A DNA stretch of 63,096 nt, the filler included, from Reclinomonas americana ATCC 50394 (taxonomy: Eukaryota): NCBI GenBank assembly GCA_048213135.1. It is 37 parts of 37 records of this genome, joined end to end, with 100 filler letters (N's around TTAATTAATTAA, not from the genome) between each part and the next. Parts side by side here need not be neighbours in the genome. Positions count along the whole stretch, not along the records: positions 47,828 to 49,439 come from AFZH01025396.1; positions 49,540 to 51,150 come from AFZH01025399.1; positions 51,251 to 52,860 come from AFZH01025400.1; positions 52,961 to 54,568 come from AFZH01025401.1; positions 54,669 to 56,276 come from AFZH01025402.1; positions 56,377 to 57,984 come from AFZH01025403.1; positions 58,085 to 59,690 come from AFZH01025404.1; positions 59,791 to 61,392 come from AFZH01025405.1; 29 more parts are not named here. One strand, 5' to 3'. Positions 48,009 to 59,924 of this stretch are shown here, piece by piece. Positions within the stretch are counted from its first letter, which is position 1; each line of letters begins with the position of its first letter. Both the position numbers and the translations under genes were made by a program. A model generated the notes under the pieces. The model searched no databases, was not told the origin of the DNA, and worked only from the letters and a program-made list of their open reading frames with translations.

Positions 48009-49439
48009 GCCTCCACCTCCTGCAGCGGCCAGGGCACTTGCTCCAGCGACGCCACGTGCATCTGCAACGCCAAGTACTACGGCACCTCGTGCTCCGTCTA
48101 CTGCGACGCGGCTGTCACCTGCAGCGGTAACGGCACGTGCGATACCGCCAGCGGCAAGTGCGTGTGCAAGCCGGGTTTCGACGGCCTGTACTGCTCGCTT
48201 CCGCGCTCTTCGTGCACGGTGAATGCCGACTGTCTCTCGGTGGATGCCGGCGCCAAGCTGAGCAACGGCCAAGCCATCAATGGCGGTCTGTGCGTCTCCG
48301 GCTTCTGCAAGTGCAATGCACCCAGCAGCGGCGCGCACTGCGAGTGCATCGCCGATCCCGGTCGTTGCTCCGGCTTCATGTCGTTTGCGCGCTTCAGCGC
48401 TCCGAGCGGCCGCTTTGTGGACTGCAAGTCGACGTGCTCCGGCAACTACACCAACTGCAGTCGCGCCACCACCTGCTCTGGCCACGGAACTTGCAACCCT
48501 GACGGCACATGCCAGTGCGACTCTGATTATTACGGTGCTTCGTGCAACATCAACTGTGTGGCGGCCACCACGTGCTCCGGAAACGGAACGTGCAAGAGTG
48601 ACGGCTCATGTCAGTGCAACTCTGACTATTACGGTGCTTCGTGCAATGTGAAGTGTGTGGCGGCCACGACGTGCTCTGGTCACGGAACATGCAAGAGTGA
48701 TGGCACTTGCCAGTGCAACTCTGATTACTACGGTGCTTCGTGCAACGTGAACTGCGTGGCATCCACCACGTGCTCTGGTCACGGAACATGCAAGGCAGAC
48801 GGCACCTGCCAGTGCACTGGCGACTACACCAATGCCAGCTGCAACTGCAGTCCCACCACCACGTGCTCTGGTCACGGCACATGCAAGACTGATGGAACAT
48901 GCCAGTGCACGGGCGACTACACCAATGCCAGCTGCAACTGCAGCCCATCGGCGACGTGCTCTGGCCACGGTACGTGCAAGACTGACGGTACATGCCAGTG
49001 CACGGGCGACTATACCAATGCCAGCTGCAACTGCAGTCCCACCACCACCTGCTCTGGTCACGGTACATGCAAGACTGACGGCACGTGTCTGTGCACGGGC
49101 GATTACACCAATGCCAGCTGCAACTGCAGTCCCAGCGTCACGTGCTCTGGCCACGGAACGTGCAAGACTGACGGCACGTGCCAGTGCACAGGCGACTACA
49201 CCAATGCCAGCTGCAACTGCAGTCCCACCACCACCTGCTCTGGTCACGGAACGTGCAAGACTGACGGCACATGCCAGTGTACGGGCGACTACACCAATGC
49301 CAGCTGCAACTGCAGTCCCTCTACCACGTGCTCGGGTCACGGAACGTGCAGGACTGACGGCACATGCCAGTGCACAGGCGACTACACCAATGCCAGCTGC
49401 AACTGCAGTCCCACCACCACCTGCTCTGGTCACGGAACG
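48009..49439 (+). CDS. Tenascin-like tandem EGF-repeat protein, partial
   Basis: 93-nt/31-aa units CSPTTTCSGHGTCKTDGTCQCTGDYTNASCN repeated to the contig end. Confidence 0.9.
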
Positions 49440-49584
49440 NNNNNNNNNNNNNNNNNNNNNNNNNNNNNNNNNNNNNNNNNNNNTTAATTAATTAANNNNN
49501 NNNNNNNNNNNNNNNNNNNNNNNNNNNNNNNNNNNNNNNTCCTCTCTCTCTCTCTCTCTCTCTCTCTGTTCTTTCGATGTGCAG

Positions 49585-51150
49585 GATTTGAAGGGATTGT
49601 TGTCGCAGTCGCTGCGCGACGTCAAGGATGCTGTGCCGCAGACCTCGCAGGTGGCGGAGCGATTCCGGCTGTACGAAAATATCTTTTTCGTGTTGCAGCG
49701 ATCGCCGCAGTACATGGCCAGTCTGGTGCAGTTTGTGTCGGGTCGTTGCGTGCCAAAAAAGTCGTGGTTTTTTTGTCGTGCTTCCACTCACGGGCGTGTG
49801 TGCGCGCAGGCGACGTCCAACGAATGTTGCAGACGGTGGTACTGACGCTCTTTGGTGATCAGTACGACAGCAAGGAGGAGCGGCTGTTGCTTACGATGTT
49901 CGAGGTGCGTCGGGTGGAGCCGTGTCTTCGCTGCATGCGTGTCTGATATTGATGCTGCTGCTCCTGCTGCCGCTCGCCGCCGTTGGTGTAGATGCTGATG
50001 ATGCAAGAGTTTGAGCGGTGTCCCCGACGCACGGATTTCATGCGCACCAACACCATTTTCACCAAAATGCTCAACGTGTTTTTCAAGTGCGCCGCAGCGT
50101 CCCCCGCTTCTGTGTTGACGAATTATGTCTCTCTCTCACACGTGTGGCGCGCGCAGCCGCCGAATGTGCCGAGAGTACCTGACAGACACCTTGTCGCAGC
50201 CACTGCAGGAGCTGGTGGCGCAGGGTGAACTCGATTTGGAAATCCGCCCGTCGACGGTGCGCTACACGCAGATTGTCTCTTCTGAAAAACACGCGTGCTC
50301 TGCTGTCCGACCTAAATTGTGCACATGCATGTGCGTTGTGGAGACAGCTGTATCGCGGTCTTCGAGAGGCCGCACAGCGCGAAGGAAGACCGTTGCCGGG
50401 TCCTGAGTCGTTGGAGGATGGTGAAGCTGCTGAAATTCCCGCCGTTCGTGCCATCATGGAAGATCGTGCGTAACTCGACAAGTGGTGATTGCGACTGGCA
50501 GTTCACTCATCACGCGTTGTTTGCTGTTGTGCCTGCTTGCAGGATTCCGGTTGATCCAGGAACACACTCAGTTGATTGTGGATCGCATTATTGCATCGGT
50601 CCAGAAGGTGCCGTATGGCCTGCGTTTCTTGTGCAAGAAGATCTTGGAGTACGGAGCGGTACGCGTCCTTTGCACACTTGCCGCCACAGGAGCTGTCGCT
50701 TCACAGCTGTTTGTCATTGGCGCTGCAGACCTTCTACCCTGACATCGACGAGCGAGAGCGGTGGGGACTTGTTGGTGGTCTTGCATTCCTGCGGTTCATC
50801 ACGCCAGCCATCAGTAGCCCGCAGAGTTGTGTGTTGCTCCACTGCTGTATGTTTTGTTCATTCTGGCTTTCGCCACTAACACGAATTCCTGTACCATTGA
50901 GCAGCCAAAGATTTGTTGCGACCGGAGAGCGTGACAGAAGTGATGCAGCGCAATTTTATTATCATCGGCAAGCTGGTACAGGTACGACAGCTGTTGTTGG
51001 CGTGTCTACTGGCCGCCTGCTTTGTGCCGTGCTAAACGTTGTCGTTTGCAGAATCTGAGCAACGGAGTCATGTACGGCGGAAAGGAGGCGTACATGACAC
51101 CGCTGAATGAGTTTTTTGAACGCAACGGCACTCGCGTCACGGCATTCTTC
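49585..51150 (+). CDS. RasGAP of the IQGAP-related/Gap1 type, GAP domain, nine exons, partial
   Basis: LYENIFFVLQRSPQYMASL, LFGDQYDSKEERLLL, FMRTNT (Arg finger), LDLEI.P, VPYGLRFLCK, FLRFITPAI, KLVQNLSN, KEAYMTPLNEF. Confidence 0.9.
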
Positions 51151-51250
51151 NNNNNNNNNNNNNNNNNNNNNNNNNNNNNNNNNNNNNNNNNNNNTTAATT
51201 AATTAANNNNNNNNNNNNNNNNNNNNNNNNNNNNNNNNNNNNNNNNNNNN

Positions 51251-51591
51251 AAGAGGAAGAGGCACCGATGGGTGACAGAGAGCCTTCGTGTCGTTGCCAC
51301 GCAAAGAGAGCCTCGACGACCGCGTGAGGCGCATGCTTGGCCAGCGCAGAGACGCTCTCTGCCAGTGCCCAGAAGCGCTGTTCTTGAAGCACTGCACGCA
51401 CGTGTGCGGCCTCTTGCAGCTGTGTATGTGCGTGAGAGTGAGTGAGTTTGTGAGAGAAGGGAGTGAGTGTGCGTGAGGATGACCTCCAGTGCGTTGGCGG
51501 CGAATGAGTCCACCAGGGCCTTGGCCTCTGCGCAGAGAGTGGAGAGGGCGACTTCTACCACAGCGCGGCCGAGCACGGCATGAGTGGCCAT
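51251..51591 (-). CDS. Furry/Mor2/Tao3-like protein N-terminus, first two exons
   Basis: GRAVVEVALSTLCAEAKALVDSFAANALE|...RFWALAESVSALAKHAPHAVVEALFAWQR resembles the Furry N-terminal helices. Confidence 0.5.
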
Positions 51592-51915
51592 CGTGTATCG
51601 CGCGCTTAGCTCTCGAAACTCAGAAACTGTCCGTTGGATCGATCGATGAAATTCAATGCAAGTAAAGTAAGTGTGGTGAGCAATGTCAAAGCTGTGTGTT
51701 GTGGTGTACTAGCACGGCATTCTCCTTGTGTACGTGGTGGAAGAGAGAAAATTCGAATTCGATCGTGTTTGTGGCACGTAGCGGTTTTGCGGGCCCGGGT
51801 GCGTGCTGCGCCTGCGGATTCGAATTAGGGTGGGTCGGATAACGTTGGTGTTTCGGGCAGGATGGACAGCAGCGGTACACGAATTCCGGCAAGGATGGTC
51901 GGGTCCCGGTTGGTC

Positions 51916-52153
51916 GGGCGGTTGGATATAGCTGATCTGCGCCTTGTCCTACAAAGGGTAAAGGGTCAAGGGTCAAGGGTCAAGGAACAGCGATTCCACG
52001 CACGCGGATGACGGGTCTGGGGTAGAAAAAGACGCTGATCACACTCACGCATCGGTTCAAGGGTAAAGGGTAGAGGAAGACACTGATTTCACATGATTTC
52101 AAGGAAAATGGACAAATTTGGTCGAGGCGCAGATCAGCTTTATCCAATGACCC
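51916..52153. mobile_element. MITE-like element with 23-bp inverted repeats and internal AAGGGT(C/A) heptamers
   Basis: TTGGATATAGCTGATCTGCGCCT (51922-51944) vs AGGCGCAGATCAGCTTTATCCAA (52125-52147), 1 mismatch; GGG...CCC outer ends; no target-site duplication seen. Confidence 0.65.
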
Positions 52154-52407
52154 AGCATGTCAGCTGCTGTTGTGCAAGTCGATGCTCAAGTCACGAGCCA
52201 CCACTGCGCAGCTGCTCTTGCAGAAACGCATTCGAAAGTTCGACGTTCTCCGTGACTCCTTTCGCAGTTTCTCACTTTCTACTTCTCACTCTACAGATGC
52301 TGATTGTGCATCTGCATCGCTGTTTGGGGTAATGAAGCTGCTGGTGAATGAAAGCCAATATCGGACACGGACAGCAATTGTCCACGCTGTCCGTTTATCG
52401 ACACACC

Positions 52408-52644
52408 ATGAGTATGAGAGCGACAACCAAGGCGACGACCACCACAAGGAGTACTGGCCGAGGCGGAGGCGGGCAAGCTCATGGGATGATGTCAACGGCA
52501 GCGAGCAGTGCGAGCGGGAGCATGGCCACTGTCGACTCTGGTGGTGGCTCGAGTGCGGCCGCTCCGCGCATTCGCGTGCACGATGCGAGTCTGTTTGCGG
52601 ATGTGGTGACTGCGGGAGAGGTGTACTTGTCGTCGGAGGAGCCG
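52408..52644 (+). CDS. First exon of an unknown protein
   Basis: CACCATG start; ends at a GTGAGT donor. Confidence 0.4.
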
Positions 52645-52984
52645 GTGAGTGAGAGAGAGTGAGAGAGATGGGCGGAGGATTGTTATCGGAGAGAGGCACG
52701 CGGACACGCAAGCACGCTCTCAGAGAGGCAATCACAGAGAAGGGTGATAGACACAGAGGCTTTACACTCACTGTTCTTGCAGTGCGTCTCAGTGCGTCCC
52801 TGTATCTCCGTGCTTGAATCTCTCGGTCTCTTCCTTCTCTCTCTCTCTCTCTCTCTCTCTNNNNNNNNNNNNNNNNNNNNNNNNNNNNNNNNNNNNNNNN
52901 NNNNTTAATTAATTAANNNNNNNNNNNNNNNNNNNNNNNNNNNNNNNNNNNNNNNNNNNNGAAGGGAGGGAGAAGGGGGAGGAG

Positions 52985-53212
52985 AGGGAGGAGAGGAAGA
53001 AGGGGGAAGAGAGGAAGAAGGGGGAAGAGAGGAAGAAGGGGGAAGAGAGGGACAAGGGGGAAGAGAGGGACAAGGGGGAAGAGAGGGACAAGGGGGAAGA
53101 GAGGGAGAAGGGGAAGAGTAGAGAATAAGAGCGGGAGAGTTGGAAAGTGGAAGAGTGGGAAAGTGGAAGAGTAGGCAAGTGGAAGAGGTAGGCAAGTGGA
53201 AGAGTGGGAAAG
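52985..53212. repeat. Purine-rich tandem repeats (18-bp units, then 10/20-bp units)
   Basis: GGGGGAAGAGAGG(AAG/GAC)AA about 6 times; AAGTGGAAGAGT-type units. Confidence 0.85.
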
Positions 53213-53445
53213 TTACACGCCGCCTGTGAACGCTGTTTTATTGGATACGAGTTCCAAGGTGGAGGAGGAGTAAGTAGCCATGCGTTGTCTGCGAGTCCAG
53301 GATAGAAAGAAAGTCGCACAGATCCTTCTCCTTCTGTCTCCTTTCATTCTTTTAAAGTGGAAGAGTGGGTAGTGGAGGGGAGGTGTATCTCCTTCTCTCA
53401 TAATCATCTTCTAAACACCGCCCTTTTCCCATTCCCCTCCACCAG

Positions 53446-54568
53446 GCGCAAGCAGCTGGCCAAGCAGGGACTCGATGAGGTCGACGAGGACTCGCTGCCG
53501 AGCTTCATCAAGCTGTTGCCGATTGACGAGCGCCTTGCGGCTGCTCAGCTGCTCGACGACCTTCGTCGCGCGCAGCAAAATGTGCACACGCTCGACGCCG
53601 ACGACGACCTTGGTTCTGTCGACGAGCTGTCGCAGGGCGACGAGAACATTCGTGGCGCGGTGCGTTTTGCATGCAGCTCTTTCCATTTTTCTCCCGTCTT
53701 CTCATATCCGCCCCACACACAGAGCCGTCGCTTGAGCGCTATTACGTCGCCTGTGGCTGTGGAGGCTGTCCCCGACAAGATGGACACGTCGGAGGCGTCG
53801 GCGCTGGCTCGTCGCCCGCTGCGTGACCTGTACTCGACTGGCACGGAGAAGGAGACGACTCGCGAGGAGGTCGCCCAGCTCCTGAAGGAGTGGGAGGCCG
53901 TGTATGACCTGCACAGCGTGTTGCATCTGGATTACCGCTTTGAGCGTGAGTGGTGGGGTGTGGTCGATCTGGCTGTCAAGGTGTGTTGGCGTGTGATGGA
54001 GAAGTGCATTTGCAAGAGATCTCACATTCTATTGGTACAGGCTGTTCTCGCTGCATTCTTGCTGGCTTATCGCGCCAACAGTGTGGCTCAGATTGCTGGT
54101 GTGTGCTTTCCCCCTCTGCAGTTCCACTCCCTTGTCTCTGTGTGTGTCTCACTTTATATTCGCGCAGCTGCCTTCGGTGTGGTGGCGGTCACTGCCATTG
54201 GTCACGCCGAGCGTCGCCCGTACAAGCAGCAGGTCAACCACTACGTGCAGCTGCTGGCGTGGATCAACCTGTCGGTCATTCTCTTCTTTGGCGTCCTCAT
54301 CAAGGTGCGTTTCACTCGCCAAGAAAACAACGTGCCCTTTCCATCATCAGCATCTAATTCCTCCCCGTCTCCTTGCCATTATCGCAGGCCAACGAGCTGG
54401 TCCCCTCCACGGGTCTCGGTGCTGCTTTGCTCACCTCGACCCTGGTGGTGGTGTCGGCCGGCTGGGTGGTGGTGTTTGTCGAATTCGCGCGTGCCATGTT
54501 CACCGCTCAGGAGATTGAGCCGGGTCACTACGGTCGTCGCGCGTGCTTCAGCAACGCCACCAAGTACT
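53446..54568 (+). CDS. Multi-pass membrane protein of the protist TRP/Pkd2-like C-terminal type, internal exons
   Basis: LHLDYRFEREWWGVVDLAVK, SVAQIA, RPYKQQVNHYVQLLAW followed by hydrophobic helices; four GT-AG introns. Confidence 0.65.
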
Positions 54569-54684
54569 NNNNNNNNNNNNNNNNNNNNNNNNNNNNNNNN
54601 NNNNNNNNNNNNTTAATTAATTAANNNNNNNNNNNNNNNNNNNNNNNNNNNNNNNNNNNNNNNNNNNNCCTACCTCCTCGCACA

Positions 54685-54748
<64 letters not shown>

Positions 54749-54879
54749 TGCGGTGCAGAGATGCAAGTCACACCACACGACTAAAACCACCGTACAAAAC
54801 AGAGATATATTCAGAAAGAAGGAGCCACTTGTCCCTCCCACTCCCTTTCCCCAGACCCCTTTCCCTCCCAGTCACTCAC

Positions 54880-55777
54880 CGACGTGCCAACCTGGTTGGA
54901 AGACTCGGCCGACGTCTGCACCAAGATACCCGACGACAGACTGTCACTGACAATCGGCTCGTACGTGCCACCCGGCGTGCTCGTCACACACAGGTGCATC
55001 ACAGCGGACATGGACGATGTCACCGAGAGCAGATAGTGCGTGCAACCCGACGGCTGCGACTGGCAAGTGAATGCGTCGTACTTGGGAGTGTCAAAGTCCA
55101 CCAATGTGGTCGTGCCTGCCCAAGGAGACGATTGGCAAACCGAAGACATGCACACACACATGAAGTGGCGAATACGCACTCGAAGCCGGTCCCGAGTTGC
55201 AATCGACATTAACATCTACAGCCTTGAAGCGCGTGCAGCTGGTGAACGAGCGGTTGATGGCGAACAGAGTGAGATCGGTGGGCTTGTTGAGGGTGATGAC
55301 GGTCGGCACGACGTAGCCGATGGTGGGGTTGACCGGCTCCACAATGGTGAAGGTGACGCCGAGTGGGATGTACGAGCCGTCTTGGAAGCTGTGTTACAGG
55401 ATGGGGAAGATCATAAGTGAAGGACATGTGGCAAGAAGTGGGAAAGAAGAGCAGAAGACGAGGGAAAAAAGGCAAGTAATGATAACGAAACAGAAGTGGC
55501 ATTGACTAGGCAATGATTTAGAGAGCAAAGGAGCAAGGGGACACAGACTGAGAAAAGCAACGAGAAAAATAACAGACTTCTCCACAACGACAGTCAATCC
55601 AAGATCGACATAAGTCGAGGAGACTTGTTGGCGATCATTAGTTCTTGCGTGAAAGGTCAGCTCCGACTACCCACGACGTGAAAAACAAACAAACACGCAC
55701 AACACAGCATTACACAACGAATGCATTCTCTCTCCCTCACTTCGCATTATTCAATGTCTCTCCTTACCTCATTTCCC

Positions 55778-55808
<31 letters not shown>

Positions 55809-56276
55809 ACCAGTCAACGGAATTCGTGTCAGTATACTTACTCTCACCCCACAGTCGTGTCTTCTAAATACTAGCGCTGACCTTGCCTGCCTCGACTTCC
55901 TGAAAACCTCATCTTCTCCCTATTCTTTCTTTCTTCTTCTTCTTCTTCTTCTTCTTCTCTCTCTCCCTTTGCCGAATCACTCCCCTCTCTTTGCCGAATC
56001 ACTCACCGACCGCAGAAGTGGTACACGCCAACGGGATCAAACACACATGACTCCTCTCGGATAGCGGACGCCGTGGAGATGTTGAACACGATACGATCGG
56101 TGAGGACGAACGAGAACTGGATCATGTCGACTCGGGTGTCGACCGCAGAGCACGATGCGCTCGACGACAGGAAGTGCGAAGTCGGCACGGGATCCGGCGT
56201 CGGCGGGTGCGTGCCCTCGATAGCATTGGCGGCGCGGGTAATGAAATTCTTGCCGTGCACGGTCACAGGCTGCGCG
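54880..56276 (-). CDS. Cell-surface protein with Cys-containing Ig/IPT-like repeats, internal exons
   Basis: VTVHGKNF, GVYHFC, PTIGYVVPTVITL and MHLCVTSTPGGTYEPI patterns, similar in style to 3481-6853 and 39254-40604. Confidence 0.55.
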
Positions 56277-56958
56277 NNNNNNNNNNNNNNNNNNNNNNNN
56301 NNNNNNNNNNNNNNNNNNNNTTAATTAATTAANNNNNNNNNNNNNNNNNNNNNNNNNNNNNNNNNNNNNNNNNNNNTTGGATGCTATTGAGAGGGTTACA
56401 AAGCGAGCGCTGTCAATGGAGGTTGATTCTGTATGCGAGAGAGAGGTTGGAGGGAGAAGAGAGGAAGGACAGTTTGTCAACATTTGTGGTATTGTGTGAC
56501 GACGGTAAGAAGGAGAGAGTGAGATAGGCGGAGCGCATCAGTAGAGATTGTTCTTGTCCTACGAGAGTGAGAGACCGACTGCGGGGAGGAGAGGATTAGT
56601 TGTTCCCCTGTGTGATGTGAATGCACCGCATGAGGGGACGGGTTGTGGGTGACGGCAGTGGAAGATTTGAGGAGGGGAATGGCTGAGACTTTTGGGAGTG
56701 TGTGCTTGGGGATTCAACAGATGAGTGACATAGAGGATTGAAGGTCAACTGTGCGTGCGAGGAGAGGAGGTGGGGGACAGAAAGGAAATGTTGAGGTGTT
56801 GTTGATGAGATAAACAACAACAAGTGAGTGAGTGAGTCAGAGAGTTTATGTGTGAAACAGAGAGGGGTGACGGAGGAGCGGGTTGGATAGCATGTCATTC
56901 TCAATCACATGGTGTCCACGGCTTGCATGCTGACGTTTGCTTCCTGGTTGTGCGGCAG

Positions 56959-57984
56959 ATGAGCACTGGCACTGGCACTCGCTCCGTGGAGATCACACAC
57001 CGCTTTGTGCAATCGTTCCCGGCGATTCCCACTGTGCTCTTTGGCATCTCCGCTCTCTCCAATACGATTGAGGGCGACACTGACATTCGCTGCGCGAGGC
57101 CGTCGGTCACCAATTTTATGCTGACGGTGCAGTGCTCGGCACTCGGCACTGCGCAGTTCGACTCGCTCATTACCAGTTTCGTGAGATCGACTTCGTTTTC
57201 GTGCACACTTGCATGAAACTCACAACCTACGTCGCAGATTTCATTGCCATGTACGCGGACCCTGCCGCGCGACGTACACTCACGACGACGAGTTGCCGCG
57301 TCAGAAAGCTGCCAATGAGTGGCTGAGCCTGGCCACCGACAAGAATTTCACCACGGTTTGTTGATGCAAGCAGGCCTGTACATGGTCCCTGAACTCATTC
57401 ATCGCAACCGTGTGGCTGTGTGAGCAGGAGGTGGCGAATGCCCATGCTTTCGGATTCCAGACAATCCCCTCGATTGCGCTGGCGCTGACGGGTGTGCGGT
57501 CCATTCGACTCGATCCGAGTGGCACGGCACGCAGCGACAACTTTGAGGTGGCCGTCGGTGAGGCAGCCGCTACCACCTCGCAGGTGTTGATGACGGTGCG
57601 CGGCGATAGTCGCGTGCAGGCGTTGGAGCTGCGTTCCATGCTGGTGGGATCGCGGCTGGTGCCGCGTGACAATTCCAGTGGCTACGTGATAGTGACGGGA
57701 GGTGAGTTTGTCTGCGAAGATTTGCCGGCAGTTGTGCACGATTACTGACATGGATCACCGTCATGTTGCACAGAGAGCACGCTGGTGGGAAACGCGCCGG
57801 TGGTGGTCACCCTCATCAGCCGTCAGTCAACCCGCGGATTGAAACAGACTGATTTCCACGCCGCCGCGTTCTTGCGCGGATGGAAGACGACCGGCACTGG
57901 TGCATCGCAGGTCAATCCGTCGATTTTGCCGACAGATGTGGTTCCGTCGCAAGGCAGCGCGTCGAGTGGGGCATACGGACAGCT
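56959..57984 (+). CDS. Tandem H-type-lectin-like domain protein, paralog of 18613-20235; apparent frameshift near 57268
   Basis: RSVEITHRFVQSFPAIPTVLFGISAL...; GVRSIR..RSDNF..GDSRV..SGYVIVTG..FLRGWK align with the paralog. Confidence 0.65.
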
Positions 57985-58084
57985 NNNNNNNNNNNNNNNN
58001 NNNNNNNNNNNNNNNNNNNNNNNNNNNNTTAATTAATTAANNNNNNNNNNNNNNNNNNNNNNNNNNNNNNNNNNNNNNNNNNNN

Positions 58085-58581
58085 GTCGTGCACGCATCCA
58101 TGTCGGCCGGGTCGTAGTCACCCATGGGCATGGCGGCCGTGGTTCCGGCAGGGCCCGGCTCGGGGTCGGGGAAGTCGTATCCCGCGTCGCGCATGCACTG
58201 GGCGAACGTGAGCATCATCTCGTTCATCTCGTCGTCGGAGGGCATGTCGTCGCGCGTGGGCGGATCTCCGAGCTTCTCGTCGCAGACCTCGCGCGCGTCA
58301 TCCATCGCGGCGATGTCCGCATCGCTCGGCGACTCAGGGGCGACCTCGGTCTCTTCGCCGTCGCTGCCGGCCTTGGCCATGAACTGCGACAGGTCGACGC
58401 CCTCGTCCTTCATGCACTTCTCCCAGGCAAGCTGCCAGTCGTCGAACTCCTGTTCCTGACTGGCGCTGTCCAGGTCGGGGGACTCGTCCGCCGCGTCGGG
58501 CGTGGGAGCGCAGGCGGCGAGGCCGCCGACGAGCATCAGGCCGGCGAGGAAGACCAGGCCGCGGTTGCGTGTGATTCGCAT
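58085..58581 (-). CDS. Actinobacterial lipoprotein, 3'-truncated
   Basis: Lipobox LAAC; two (W/F)xxCMxxxGxD(xPDP) units; GAAAGGA Shine-Dalgarno upstream. Confidence 0.85.
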
Positions 58582-58650
58582 GGGGTGTCCTTTCGGTGCT
58601 CCCTCACGGTGAGGGGTGAGGACAGTTCACGGGGCGGCCGGTCGCAGCAG

Positions 58651-58671
58651 GGTAAAGAGAACCCTTTACCT
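58651..58671. promoter_or_regulatory. Palindrome GGTAAAG-N6-CTTTACC in the divergent promoter region; candidate regulator site
   Basis: Direct sequence between the lipoprotein and response regulator starts; function inferred. Confidence 0.35.
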
Positions 58672-58723
58672 TCCGCGAACCTGCATAGTGATTGCATGTG
58701 ATCAGGAGTGAGGAGAACTCGAG

Positions 58724-59389
58724 ATGCGAGTGCTGGTTGTCGAAGATGAGCGCTACCTGGCGGAGGCCATCCACGCGAAGCTGAGCCTGGAGGCGATTTC
58801 CGCGGACATCGCCGATGACGGCGCGGCCGCGCTCGAAGCCGTCGCGCACACCGAGTACGACGTCGTGCTCCTGGACCGTGACATTCCCGTCATCCACGGC
58901 GACGAGGTGTGCCGGCGCCTCTCGCGCGACCCCGATCGACCGGCCATCCTGATGCTCACCGCTGCTCGACTGCTCGACGACAAGGTCGACGGCCTCACGC
59001 TGGGAGCGGATGACTACCTCGCGAAGCCCTTCCAGTTCCCGGAGCTGATCGCCCGCCTGCGCGCGCTGAGCCGGCGCCGGTTCAGCGCGCTGCCGCCGAT
59101 CCTGGAAGCGGCCGATGTACGTCTGAACCCCATCCGGCGAGAGGTGACCCGCTCCGGGAGATTCGTGAACCTCACCCGCAAGGAGTTCGCGGTCCTGGAG
59201 GTGCTGATGCGGGAGCCCGGGACGGTCGTGAGTGCCGAACGACTGCTCGAGAAGGCGTGGGACGAGAACGCGAACCCGTTCACGAACTCGGTCAAGGTCA
59301 CGATCAGCACGCTGCGCCGGAAGCTGGGCGAACCGCGTGTCATCGAGACGCTGCCGGGCGCCGGATACGTCATCGGTCGGACGGGCTGA
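58724..59389 (+). CDS. OmpR-family response regulator, actinobacterial CutR/VanR-like
   Basis: MRVLVVEDE, LLDRDIP, GADDYLAKPF, KAWDENANPFTN, LRRKLGEP; GAGGAG Shine-Dalgarno. Confidence 0.93.
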   Translation: MRVLVVEDERYLAEAIHAKLSLEAISADIADDGAAALEAVAHTEYDVVLLDRDIPVIHGDEVCRRLSRDPDRPAILMLTAARLLDDKVDGLTLGADDYLAKPFQFPELIARLRALSRRRFSALPPILEAADVRLNPIRREVTRSGRFVNLTRKEFAVLEVLMREPGTVVSAERLLEKAWDENANPFTNSVKVTISTLRRKLGEPRVIETLPGAGYVIGRTG

Positions 59390-59390
59390 C

Positions 59391-59690
59391 ATGTCCGCCA
59401 CACGACCGACGGGCTCGACGGAGCCGAATCGCCTGAAGCTGAGCGTCGAGGGTTTCCGGCTGACGCTGCGGACCAGACTCGCGCTCACCTACGCCGGACT
59501 CCTCACGCTGGCCGGTGCGTTGATGATGCTGATCGTCTACGTCGTGGTGGGGTATCTGCCCACTTATGCGTTCGCCGTGCCGGCGACCACGGCGCAACCC
59601 CTGCAGACCACCCCGACCGAACCGCTCTACGACACCGGCATCGCAGCGGCCGAGACCATCCCCGGCCTGATCGTCTCCTCGCGCAGTGAC
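59391..59690 (+). CDS. Cognate sensor histidine kinase, N-terminal fragment
   Basis: Starts 1 nt after the regulator stop; LTLRTRLALTYAGLL followed by a transmembrane helix. Confidence 0.8.
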
Positions 59691-59924
59691 NNNNNNNNNN
59701 NNNNNNNNNNNNNNNNNNNNNNNNNNNNNNNNNNTTAATTAATTAANNNNNNNNNNNNNNNNNNNNNNNNNNNNNNNNNNNNNNNNNNNNATGGGAAGAA
59801 GGACAGAGAGAAGAGCGAGCATCACATCTTTACACGTTCGTCTTTGCGCGCATGGGTTACGTCGCCTTCTCTCTCTGTGACCTCTTTTTGCTGCAGTGGA
59901 GACGCTCACTACTGTTGCTCGGCA

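Noticed and set aside
58724..59690. vanRS glycopeptide-resistance locus or HGT into the host
   Set aside because: Equally similar to CutR-type regulators, with no van enzymes in the contig; Shine-Dalgarno sites, operon layout and high GC point to a co-sequenced actinobacterium.
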